Shown piece after piece: positions 1 through 10,969 of a stretch of DNA of 64,000 nt. Source of the stretch: Polymyxa betae A26-41 (Eukaryota; Protista; Endomyxa: Phytomyxea); the NCBI GenBank assembly GCA_003693705.1, contig RBZT01000278.1, forward strand, positions 62,001 through 126,000. The letters run 5' to 3'. Each line of letters begins with the position of its first letter. Positions within the stretch are counted from its first letter, which is position 1. Both the position numbers and the translations under genes were made by a program. Under the pieces are notes generated by a model that did no database searches, had not been told where the DNA came from, and was given only the letters and a program-made list of their open reading frames with translations.

Positions 1-423
1 AATGCATGTCAGGAAAACGTTTCCGAGAGCTCGATACCAATTGCAAGTTCATCTGCGGCAGTGAGATCTGAGCCCTCATATAAACCTCCCGATGTTCCAT
101 CCTTCCGATCTACTGTATCAGCAGTTCCATCAGCACCAGCGAGTTCATCTGCTGCAACACGTCGGCTGTCGCTTGGTTTGTGAGAGGTTACAATGGGAAT
201 GATATCTCATGCACCAACAGATGATGAAAAAAAATATTATGCAATGATAATGGATGCAGAGAAGAAAACGTCGCATGCTTTGGCAAGCTTGCGTTTTAAA
301 GGTGAGAAGTTATATTACTTGTTGATGAAATTAGTGTGAATTGTTTTAGATTGGAATGGGGCTGAAGCTTTGCTGTCATCAGCGCTGGATCGAGTTCGGT
401 CTATAAAAGCTTTGGAACTATGA
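1..423 (+). CDS. VTA1: 3' end of a Vta1/LIP5-like ESCRT (Vps4) cofactor, 5'-truncated by the window
   Basis: After two short GT-AG introns it reads as a Ser/Pro-rich linker, then ...IMDAEKKTSHALASLRFKDWNGAEALLSSALDRVRSIKALEL*, resembling the Vta1 C-terminal (VSL) helix pair. TGA at 421-423. Confidence 0.65.
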
Positions 424-520
424 CCTACAAACGTCCTGCATTAACCTGTTTAATCAATAATTTGTACAATAAGGTAGACAGAGCATAATCATTGCAATAA
501 TAAAGATATTGAACATGGCG

Positions 521-2539
521 TCAGTGCTTGACACCACCATCTGATCCATCGTAGATATAATCGGTAACCCGGCTCCCATATTTCTGACGCAGTTCGGGTC
601 GTTGATTGTAATCCAGTGGCGTAATCTGCTTGCGACAGTTCTTAGCATCACATTGGCAAGCGAACGAGTGCATCAGCGGCCCGGAACAGAACGTGGCGTA
701 GTCCATGGTGAGCTCCTCGCCGGCCTTGATCGCCTTCCGCGCGTATACATTCAACGAGTGATTCTCGCCAAACCAAAGACTGGAGTGCAACAGCGCATCC
801 GTGTAAACGAAACCGAAATATTAGACTGAAACAATATCACCGGACTTTGGTGAGCACGAATGGTTGATGGGTCTCCATGCTCGGAAATCGGGGCTCCACG
901 TCACAAACACCTGAAAATCATGGCTTAATGACATTTATCTTCGTGGATTTCGTTAAGCTTACTTCTCTGGACAGCGGCCATGCGTACTGAGCGAACGCTT
1001 TTTTGTCCGGTGTATTCCAATGATTTGCGACGTGGGATTTGGTCACCAACGTGAAGCCAGAAGATTCATCCCTGAACACCACTTCGCCCTCCGGGATATC
1101 CCTGGTGGCGCAAACGTGGTACCCTTTATTGGGATGGAAAACCACCGAGCAAGGCGATACCTGTGTAACTGCTTTCAATACGGAAGTCCTTAAGAAAAGC
1201 ATGCTGTTTACCTGATGAAGCATGCGCCTGTTGCGATTGATAGCCGCTTGGATGAAATGCCGTGCTACACCAGCAGGTTTCATCTCATCCAGATCCATAA
1301 TGAGATCAGCAGTGCCATCTCGGCGAGGGTAAAACAAACCACAGTTAGGGTTGATCTCAAGCAAATAAACTTCCCCGGTTTTCGAGCAAACGCGAAGATC
1401 GGATCTTCCATAACTACCAGAGTTTTAGGAAACCAAACTAATCGATATTGTACATACCCGATTCCAGCAAGTAAATGCTCGAAAGCAGCAAGGCCAATCT
1501 GTTTAAGTTTTGACGAAAGGGCAACATCTTCGACCTGTTTCGCTTGGAAGATATCGCCTTTCCATTTCAAATCAAAATGTTTGAATGTTTCACCCTCAGG
1601 GAAAAGTATCTAAAAAGTAATCAGATACCATGCATGACCATGATAACCTGGAACCTGAATGGGTTCCAAAACTCGGTTAGGTTTGCCGTCAAGATCTTCG
1701 AAGGCAAGAACATTAACTTCGATTCCGTCAATGAATTCCTCGACGAGAACCTCCCCGAAAGCATCAATAAACCTGTCCAGAAATTAAGCACTAAGAGAGA
1801 GCGCAGCGATATACTCACCTTTTGGTCTCTTTTTCGAGGACCTCCCAGTTTTGGCATCTGGATTCTTTCGACATTCCAATACTACCATATCCACTAACAT
1901 GCTTGACAATGACGGGAAACCGCAGGTGACTGCAGACTTTTGACAAATCATCATGAGCAGTCACCCGAGCAAATGGAGGTACCTAAGCATAGGAGTTTTA
2001 GCAGTCACCTTGAAAACATCAAACATTCGACCTTGATGCCTGCGTAAAAAGCTAACATTTTCATCTCAAGCTTAGAAGGCTCGAAATGAATCGAATCCGA
2101 GCCGGTGAAAGGAACTTTGAATTCTTCTAAAGCTTGGACAACCTAAAAATGTGTCATTTCTGGAGGGGTTAGCACGCTCTCGAGACTGACTGTGACACCA
2201 GCTCGGTCCTCATCCTTAGCTCCATCACACATGTTAAAGAAGACATCGAATTTTCGGGAATGTACAAGCTCACGAATCTACACCAGATATTGAAACTAAT
2301 ACAACAGGTTGCTAAGAACCAGAACAAACCTGTGAATAAGCACGACTTTTGTAAATCATGACATTCGTGAAGACATAGTTCGGATCATCCTGCAAAGCAT
2401 AAGCAGGGGTGCAGATGTAATCATCGTAATCCTTCATGGCAGCCTGAGAGTTCTCATACGAAGGGTTTAGTACGCAAACACGAATCGGTCCCGGTCTGGA
2501 AGAGGTCGACTCCGACAATTGAGACATATTTCCGGTCAT
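521..2539 (-). CDS. D-Ala-D-Ala-ligase-like ATP-grasp domain fused to a C-terminal SET/post-SET domain (multi-exon)
   Basis: Spliced exons give ATP-grasp motifs FDVFFNMCDG, VPFTGS, FPVIVKHVSGYGSIG, LVEEFIDG, YGRSDLR, LEINPNCG, then SET/post-SET motifs NHSCSPN, GEELTMDY and CQCDAKNC. Confidence 0.85.
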
Positions 2540-2882
2540 GAATCTGGACAATCAGGATACTCTTGGACGGCGATGATTCAATAGCAATGGAGGGTGAAGC
2601 CGGGGGCACGCCTCACAAATAGGTAGAGGGTACGAACCCACAAATATCTCTGAGGGCTTATGATACTTGTGTTTTGATTGATGGGCTTGTGTGGTAGGGT
2701 TCCGGGTGGCCGGGGGGACCTCCTCTCTATCGGTACCCCTACGATCTTATGTTACCCTGTCTCATTTGTAGTACTGTATTCAACATTTCTCACTGCAATC
2801 TCTCTCACATTTTTCGATTCTTCTTCTAGCTGATGCTTATGGGGATAAGTTGTTCAGCTGTATTCTTTTATTAGTGATCGAG

Positions 2883-3804
2883 TCAGGTTAGAGAAAACGG
2901 CCCATTGGGGCTATATAATGCACAGCCTTCCTTAGGAGCGTGTTTCTTCCAAAATTCGTCAGACAGCTTCGGGTTATAATTTTGCTGAAGATCTCCAGGA
3001 GCCCAATCTGCAAAATTGGGCAAACTGATACCTTGAGGTTCAGCTGAACAGTACTGCCTGTTGCCAGGCTTGGCCAGATATTGTCTGAAGTCTACAGTTG
3101 AGCAGATTAAAGGTAGCATGGAATCAATTACTGATGATAGTCTTCGGCTAGAAAGAATTCATCGAGTCGCTTAATTTCGGTGGTGATTGAATGGCCTCGT
3201 CCTTTTCCAGCTGCCCTTAAAGCGCCTTGATAAGCGCTTTTACTACTTTCAGCTAACCTTTTATGATCATCATCTTCGTAATAGATCCCACTTCGGTACT
3301 GTGATCCTCTATCATTGCCTTGGCCGTTTCCTTGCGTAGGGTCGTGACTTTCAAAAAACATTCTGGATGATTTCAGCGTTAAAAGGCGGTATGTGTTAAG
3401 CTTATACCTAAGCAGATCAGCATATGAAATCTGGTTAGGATCGTATATGACTTGAACAGCCTCTGCATGACCAGTCTGACCAGAGCATACAGATTTATAG
3501 TTTGGAGGCGTATTCGACTTTGGTCCACCACAATACCCTACAGCAGTAGATATTATGCCTTTTGATAAGCGCCAAAACCTATGAGCGGTATCAGCTAAAG
3601 TTTCGAATTGGTGCATTATTGATGCATTTTTTCGGAACCCCAAAAACACCCTGTAGCGAATGCCGCTCGTTTGGCATTCGGGTACTTGGCACGAGCAGCA
3701 TCGTAGGCGAGTGGCGTTTTCAATACATAGTGCTGTGAAGAGTTAGCAGGAGCAGGAGTCCCCATGGAGACAAGTCCTTTCAGAAACCTTTGCAGACGAC
3801 GCAT
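2883..3804 (-). CDS. msrA: Peptide methionine sulfoxide reductase A
   Basis: GCFWG catalytic motif, GYCGG, YKSVCSGQTGHAEAV, GNDRGSQYRSGIY and AEDYHQQY. Three short introns. Confidence 0.95.
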
Positions 3805-3973
3805 TCAAGGACTTAATCACATCTTCATTCCAGGCTTAATCTGCTCTCGAAATTTCCAGACTTTGAGATGCGATCTTCTTATTGCGGTAGATTGCAGACA
3901 ATATATATATATATAATGAGGTTCACTTTCAGCTTACCGGCATGCATGATCAAGTCTTGGTACTACTAGATAA

Positions 3974-5504
3974 ATGTCCACAGAAGAGCAGTCAAATGAG
4001 TTACCTACAGCCATTAGCGGTGCCGCTTTTAATTCTTCAGACGATTTGCAAATCTCTTTATCAACAACAGGCCAGCAACCAACAGGAGCACGGCATGAAC
4101 GTAGAAGCACATTGGGTGGCTCCAATATCAAGGCCTGTATTAAGACAACAATTCCTCATGAGTTTCAGGTATTTAGGCCAATACTTTCCGATACGCTTCA
4201 AACTTTCATAGATAGTTGAACGAATCCTTTCTCTCTTTAACGATCCAGAGTTAATAATGCGATTTTCTTTTGAAACGAAAAGCAATCCGAACGTGCCGTT
4301 TTATCGTCAAGGCGATCTTCGAACGATTGAAACCGGAGAGAAAGAATTTCGGCTCAAGATGTTACGAAATCGGGCAATACGGCGAGCTATAGACAGATTT
4401 TGGGAGCTTTTCAAATTCAAAGATGTCAGATATGGTGTTAGCCGAGAGCAGGTATTTGAAAAAGTTTCCAGCTGGTTTTGGTCATTCGTGGTTACGAATT
4501 AACTTTTCGATATTGTAGTATGTAGAGTTCCATCAGCTTGTAAGCCGAACGATGCGATCTGATTCTCATGATGTAACCCAGACTCAGTAATCTAACTTAC
4601 TCAAACAGCTCTATACTAAGATATGTTCAGGGGCGTAGCTGCCAGAGACTGGCTTCATGATTGTTCTTCGAATCACGGCATACAGTTAGATGCCTGGAGA
4701 GAATCAATGTTCGAGCTCGTCGATTTATGGGAAGTTGGAAGCGATCCGATCAGCTATGTCGCCTTTCTAGATACTCTTCTATCAAGAATAGCTGAACCTG
4801 TAACACCTATTCATATCCACCGAGCTATTTCCAAGTCCTGGAAGCCATCGGTTACAACAAGCAATGGGAGATTATTAAGATGGGCATTGGCAAATGTTGA
4901 GTTGAAATTTCGAGCACTAAAGGAAGTTCCTAAAGCGAAGATAACCCCGAACAGCCAATCATCGCTATACAGCGCAGACCAAGAATATCGCGAGGATAAA
5001 AACGACCGGGAGGCTGAAATACATCAACCGAAGAAACAATTAGGAGGAAACAACGAGGTGTCCCACCCTGTCGTAAATCAAGTCGATGAGAAAGTTCTTG
5101 CACGGCTAGAAGAATTTCTTACTGAAGACAATGTGATGGAAATCCAAACCGAAGATACTATAATCGATATGGTTCAATTGCTGGCAGAATCACGTGCCCG
5201 CTTTGCAGCTTACCTACAGAAAAAGGAAAAAGCGGTAACATTCTCTTTAGAATCTTACAATAAGATTAGTGGAGTCACCCCAGAAGCCCAGCAGGTTAGG
5301 AAGCTCTTCGAAACATCTGCTGCAAATCAGGAAAGAGAAAAGGAACGCCCACAATACTCGGCAGCGCTTAAAAACGCTGTCGATGATTTGCAATGGGATA
5401 TTCTGACACGAAATGGGTTCGTAGATTCCGTCTTGAAGAATGACATGCTTCCCAGAATGAAGCGAATTTGGAACTTCCAACTTGAAGCCAGTAATCAAAT
5501 TTAA
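3974..5504 (+). CDS. Hypothetical protein, possibly with a degenerate EF-hand-like region
   Basis: Colinear ORFs 3974-4219, 4257-4502 and 4623-5504 separated by intron-sized gaps. PFYRQGDL and DW..D...MFELVDLW...YVAFLDTLL look like conserved motifs, but no family is confidently recognised. Confidence 0.55.
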
Positions 5505-5864
5505 GTAATAAAGTCATATTACACTGTTCTAGAATCGTGCAATTGTGAGAAAACCCACATGCATCAACGTTTTGGGTTTGTACGTGCACAATTGAATAAA
5601 TAAGCCTGCTCAGCGTTCATTCCTGAAGTATGGGAGGCTACAAACCGATGAGCCGATGCTTTGCAGAGCACTTCAGCTAGTTTTGCACAATGACGATTGA
5701 TTCACAACATGTAGCATCTATATGAAGCAACATCATTTCTCTCAATGAGCCATTAGGGGAGATTTCGGTTATGGAGAGTAACATCAAGAGTAACATTGCG
5801 ATATGCAGTGTAAGTTTGTATTGATTTACAGATAGGCCACGTCATTAATGGGGACAGTCAGTCC

Positions 5865-7591
5865 ATGTCTCTTACATTCATTCTTAACAGCTTCATCATT
5901 CTTGCTATAGCAGCAGCAGATTCGGAAATTAAGCCTTACCGACCTGTATCAAATGCCCCCTTTTCTTACGCCCCGGTAGAACAGTCGGTTTCGAATCAAG
6001 TCCGAGCCATAATTGGCAATCCTGAGTACTTTTATAACAACGTGTTCCAATCTGTTGTTGATGTTCAGGTATTCTGCTGCCTATCTGGTTGCAGAGATTG
6101 AGACAGTTATTAGAGATTTGATGATTCTTGGTGCGATCATATCTTACCGCTTCCAGCAATTGAGACTCTTCTCAATATAGCAACGTCCCTGACGAATGAT
6201 AACGGTCACATTGCCAGTCAATTATGCAGTGAAAACGGTTCTTCAGTAGCTGAGTATAAGCCATCCGATTTACCAATGTTAAACGGAGAAGATTTTAAGC
6301 TTTGCAAACGAGTTCTGCTTCCATCTGGAGAATACTGGTCAGGCATGTCTTCCATGAAAGACGCTTCATTTCAAGCTATAAACAAGGCATTTAATGAAAA
6401 AGGTCCTGCGATGTCTTTTATGATCGACTATCTAACACTAAATAGGATTGACGTTGATAATAAACGGGATGGAACGGCGATGGCATCCAATCGCCGATCT
6501 TGTTTTCGTTATTACTAAATACATCCTGGCTTATCCTGTAGCCGTAAACCTATATTTCACCCCAGCTATGAGCCAAGGGTTTGAAGCTCATGCAGGTAAC
6601 TTCTGTCTAACTATTCGTATTACTATAATTTGCTTATTCAATTGGAATCAGATTGGATGGATGGTACTATAACCCGGTCTCCACGGTTTCTAAAACTAAT
6701 TCCATCATAGTATTCATCGTTCAGCTGAGTGGCAAAAAACAGTGGAAGTTGTACCCTGGAGCATGGAATCTTTCGAATCCGTTCTCTGAAATGATAAGGA
6801 AACCGTCCTCCGCAATGCTAAATGCTACGAAACCGTTCGAGATAGACCTTTCAGTTGGCAACGTGCTTTACATCCCAGCCGGCTGCATTCATGAAGCCTC
6901 GACAGTTCCTACAAAAACTCTGTCATTGCACCTCACTTTTGGTATTGAAATCGTCAGTTGTGCCGATGCCACTACCAAATTTGTTTTGAATCAAAAATCT
7001 GTTTCAGGAACCCATTGACACTTGGACTGGGCTTCTCATTCAAGCAATTTGGGAAGACGACTCTGGGTTGATTCTGCTCCCACAAGTTGCTTCCGCTGCC
7101 ATTTACCACGCTGCAACTAAACCTGAAAACTTTTTGTTTCGTAAAGCTATTCCGTTTGGAGATTGGAAAAGAGGTGTGGTTGGAATAATTATTGAAGAGG
7201 TTAATTTGTCTCGGAACCATTGATCTTTCTCCCAGGGAATTCATCTCATATGCTTGATTATTTCAAGTATTTATCAAGTTATGCAGAAGCTGTGACCGAG
7301 CTAGAGTCTCTGCAGCAATTTCATGCAAGCACAGTCCATTTTCAACTGCAAGCATGTGTCATGCCATGGCCAGAACAACTAAATGACACCCAACTTCTAT
7401 CAGACGCCTTACTATCTGCCTGGTCCTATTTGTCTGCAATGAACCAACTACAATTCGACAGATTACTCTTACACTATACAGAGAAGCATTCATTACGTCT
7501 CAAAGCCCGAAATGTTCGAATGAAACGGGATCTTGACACAGTAGAATCCCGGCTGAAAGCATATTTATCAACATTAAAAGATGAACTTTAA
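5865..7591 (+). CDS. JmjC/cupin-4 2-oxoglutarate oxygenase (RIOX1/NO66/RoxA-like) with N-terminal hydrophobic leader
   Basis: Spliced: VNLYFTPAMSQGFEAHADWMDVFIVQLSGKKQWKLY...GNVLYIPAGCIHEA...SLHLTFG, containing the HxD...H iron triad. N-terminus MSLTFILNSFIILAIAAADS. Confidence 0.85.
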
Positions 7592-7739
7592 CGACTTCAG
7601 CACAAACTGACCTACTGCTTTTACAACGTTAAGTATTCGCCATAATGTAGTGGGAGAATTTCATAAACTTTCAGAATGGGTTTATAATTGAAGGGTCATT
7701 TGTCATATGATGTTAATTGCGAAGTGTTCAGATGATTTT

Positions 7740-9400
7740 ATGGACCCTTCATGTTTGACCTTTGATATTACTGGCCGTTTCATATCACTATTGGAATCGT
7801 CATCATGCCCCGAGCAATGCAAATTCGTCGCAGCTAAAGCTTATTTACTTCCGCTTGCAGGTTGTCGTTTCTGGGCTTTATGATGGTCATTGATAAGCGT
7901 GCTGTGCTAGGCAACCCTGATGCCTTGGTAGATCGATACGATGTCCGACATTCAATGGAACCAAATCAGTTTGCAGCTATCAAACAGTTTAAGCAAAAGC
8001 GCTGTGACATGGACGTTTATCTGCAAGATGATGATGCTGAACTTTCTCAGGAACAGATCGACGAAATTCAGAACGAGCGTTATACAGATTCGTTTGGTAT
8101 TGTTTCAGTCACGACGTCATTATTTTTTTATGATTGTTTGCTGCAGCATCGCACGACGATCAATTCGGTTCTGTCTCTAATTCTGAAGAAGAGCAAGATA
8201 TTCCTTCTCACTCGGAGCCGACGCCTCCATTTATCCATCCTTCGAGGATGATAATGCAGCTACAAGAAACTGCTGCAGATTCTAAAGTTGCAGACTCAGC
8301 AGAAGCCAACTTTTCTCCATCGTTTTCAGTTCCTGAACATATTACCACGATCGTATGCTGCCATTGTCACTATTTAAACCGTAATAATTCTGTTAGCCTA
8401 GAACGTTAGATGAGCATTCTCTGATTGAGAAAACTGCAACGTTTGCTCGAACGAAAGGGCCTCAGCCTGAAATCTTGCTTAAAGTCAAACAGGTGGTTTT
8501 GCTTCTCTCAATCTCGTCACATTTGACGTGCTACAGGCCGGGAACCCAAAATTCGCATTCCTACAGCCCGATCATTGCCTTCATGAATATTATGAATATT
8601 TAAAGAGCACAGGCTTCAAACATCATGAAGCTTCTTCTGATCAGATTGTCAACAGCGAATCAAATTCCTTGGCTCATCAAGCTGTCCTCGTTTCAAACAA
8701 GGACACGCATCAGATATCTCTTCTTGATAACGATCCTTTAACTTCTCAGATTGCTGATATTAAACGACGTCTGCTGCCTTCTACCGATGATTGTCCTATC
8801 AATATTCCTGGTCAAAAGACTCGGCTGGTTATGCAGAGGCTAACTGATTACATCGTTCAATGCGGGATCTGGTTTGAGGCTGCTGTTCAAGAACGCCACG
8901 TTCAAGGAGACCATCTAAGCTTTCTGGAGCCTGACAATCCGTATCACTCCTTTTACCTCAAGCTCAAACGTAATGCTGTTCTAGCTGCTGCCTCTGCAAC
9001 AAGTAAGTTATCTTTAAGTGAAATATTGATTCAATGCTGATCGTTTTTGAAAGGGGTCTCTCAGGATCAGGTGAGAGTTGTGAACAGTGCTTTTAACCAT
9101 CAATTTGGTTCAAAGCTATTTTAAACAGACTCGCTTCTTCTCTTAATTCTCACTTTATTCATACCATCGTCAAAAGTGCCTGCAAATTCTGATTTCGTGT
9201 TCTTAGTTGAATCACAGGTCAATGGTCAGATCGCTGATCCATCAAGTAATTTTTGTAATGAACTTAGATCCAGAAGCAGACCACTGTCTCTCAATTACTC
9301 CAGATCAGATTCTGAATCTAGCGAAAGACCGCGTCGAAGACGGCGATACTCGTCTGCATCTAAATCACCAGATTATTACAGGAGGCGCCGAAAGAGGTAG
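7740..9400 (+). CDS. SFSWAP: Suppressor-of-white-apricot-like splicing regulator (DRY_EERY, two SURP domains, RS tail)
   Basis: LVDRYDVR...NERY; SURP-like LIEKTATFARTKGPQPEILLKVKQAGNPKFAFLQPDHCLHEYY; second SURP-like LSFLEPDNPYHSFY; Arg/Ser-rich C-terminus. Confidence 0.8.
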
Positions 9401-9564
9401 AGTAATAAAATACAAAATTCAAGGACGTGAGAAGGGTGACATTCACATGTCCTTAGACTGAGTGTTATCTGTCAGATATTCATTTAATGATCATCACGGC
9501 TGTGTGACAAATGGGTTCCATTCTTCTATTCATTTAGCATTCATCAGAAATCCCTCCCGTAATC

Positions 9565-10773
9565 ATGAACACCACCTCGACGAATTTGACATCCGAGCAT
9601 GATGCTCTGTCAGCTGTTGACATCTCCGACTTAAGTGATGCAGAGTTAGCTTCGACAATATCACATTCACCAATCATGTTTCCTGGCGACCTGTTTAATC
9701 TCTTTGAAACAGATCCTGTCCCAACGTTCAGGTTGCCGCCAACGTTCTTGCGGCAGCACTCAATGAGTTTCGAGCTTCCGACGTCACGACGCTGTTCAGT
9801 CGAATTGAATTGCGATTCTGTTCGGTTTGAATCGTTATTGTCTCCAAATGAATTTCAGCTGCCATTACAGCTAAATGCTGATTCGACACGTCGCCAATCG
9901 CTGGCGACTGAACCATCCCGAAGAGATTCGAACGACTCTCTAATTTCGTTTTGCAACGAAGCCTTCGCTGGCAATAGGGCTCAACCTGATCTCTTCGAGT
10001 TCGAGCTGCTGATGTCACCTCGAAAAGACAATCGGAAACCGAAGTCAATTGTATTGCAATCTCAAGGCGACCTTCAAGCTCGAACCAAGGCGCTGGATGC
10101 GACCTCACAACAGAATCGGTCAGTATTGCCATCATCATCTACAAATTTAGATATTGACAATGGAGTTTGTTTGTATCGTTCGAATACATCTTTAGATATC
10201 AGATCGTCGTCTGCATCTAAGCAGTCCTCATTGGCCTCGAAATCATCCAAAAAACGTTCTCGTGAACCAGAAGCTACGGCAACGGTAGAAAATGCTTTTG
10301 CAAATTCAGAATGGACTGAAGAAGACTTATGTTCGGATACTGTTATAACCTGCAATATCAACAAAGAGCATTTATCTGCTCAGAAATCAGTTCATTGCAC
10401 TAATGAAGTTGTATGTTCGGGTACTGCGATGACCAGCAATATCAATACGAAGCATGTATCAGCGGCGATTCCATCCCGGAAACGCTGTCGTGAACCAGAA
10501 GCTACGGCGACGGTAGAGAATGCTTTTACAAATTCAGAATGGACTGAAGAAGTTTTATGTTCGGATACTGTTATAACGTGCAATATCAACAAAGAACGTG
10601 TATCTGCTCAGAAATCAATTCATTGGACTAATGAAGTGTTATGTTCGGGTACTGTTATACCCTGCAGTACCAGCACAAAGCATGAACCAGCCGCAATTCC
10701 ATCCCGGAAACGCTCTCTGGACCAAAATCTACAGCATCTGTGTCGAATGTTTTCACAAATCAGATTGGGCTGA
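9565..10773 (+). CDS. Intronless Ser-rich hypothetical protein with an internal tandem duplication
   Basis: 402-aa ORF followed by AATAAA; no recognisable domain. Confidence 0.6.
   Translation: MNTTSTNLTSEHDALSAVDISDLSDAELASTISHSPIMFPGDLFNLFETDPVPTFRLPPTFLRQHSMSFELPTSRRCSVELNCDSVRFESLLSPNEFQLPLQLNADSTRRQSLATEPSRRDSNDSLISFCNEAFAGNRAQPDLFEFELLMSPRKDNRKPKSIVLQSQGDLQARTKALDATSQQNRSVLPSSSTNLDIDNGVCLYRSNTSLDIRSSSASKQSSLASKSSKKRSREPEATATVENAFANSEWTEEDLCSDTVITCNINKEHLSAQKSVHCTNEVVCSGTAMTSNINTKHVSAAIPSRKRCREPEATATVENAFTNSEWTEEVLCSDTVITCNINKERVSAQKSIHWTNEVLCSGTVIPCSTSTKHEPAAIPSRKRSLDQNLQHLCRMFSQIRLG
10252..10716 (+). repeat. Two tandem 228-bp (76-aa) repeats, plus a decayed third copy at about 10812-10872
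   Basis: CGTGAACCAG at 10261 and 10489; ATTCCATCCCGGAAACGC at 10468 and 10696 (both offset 228). CGTGAACC at 10818 and ATTCAGAATGGA at 10861 keep the 43-nt spacing seen in copy 1. Confidence 0.9.
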
Positions 10774-10969
10774 ATAAAATACACTTATCGTCTTTGAAAC
10801 CATTTGGAAATCGCTCTCGTGAACCATCGACTAGAACATTGGTATCGAATGCCTCCAGGAATTCAGAATGGATCAAAGCAAACAGGGAAGGTATCGGAAC
10901 GACAAGCTAAATCCAGAAGCCGACTCAAAGCGAAGCTTCAAGTAACACCAGGTTTGTTATGATTCTCTA

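Noticed and set aside
3901-3916. (AT)n microsatellite
   Set aside because: Ordinary short simple repeat in a divergent promoter.
521-7591. ATP-grasp/SET, MsrA and JmjC genes as a biosynthetic cluster
   Set aside because: Adjacency alone is uninformative at this gene density; MsrA is housekeeping and no shared motif or transporter is evident.
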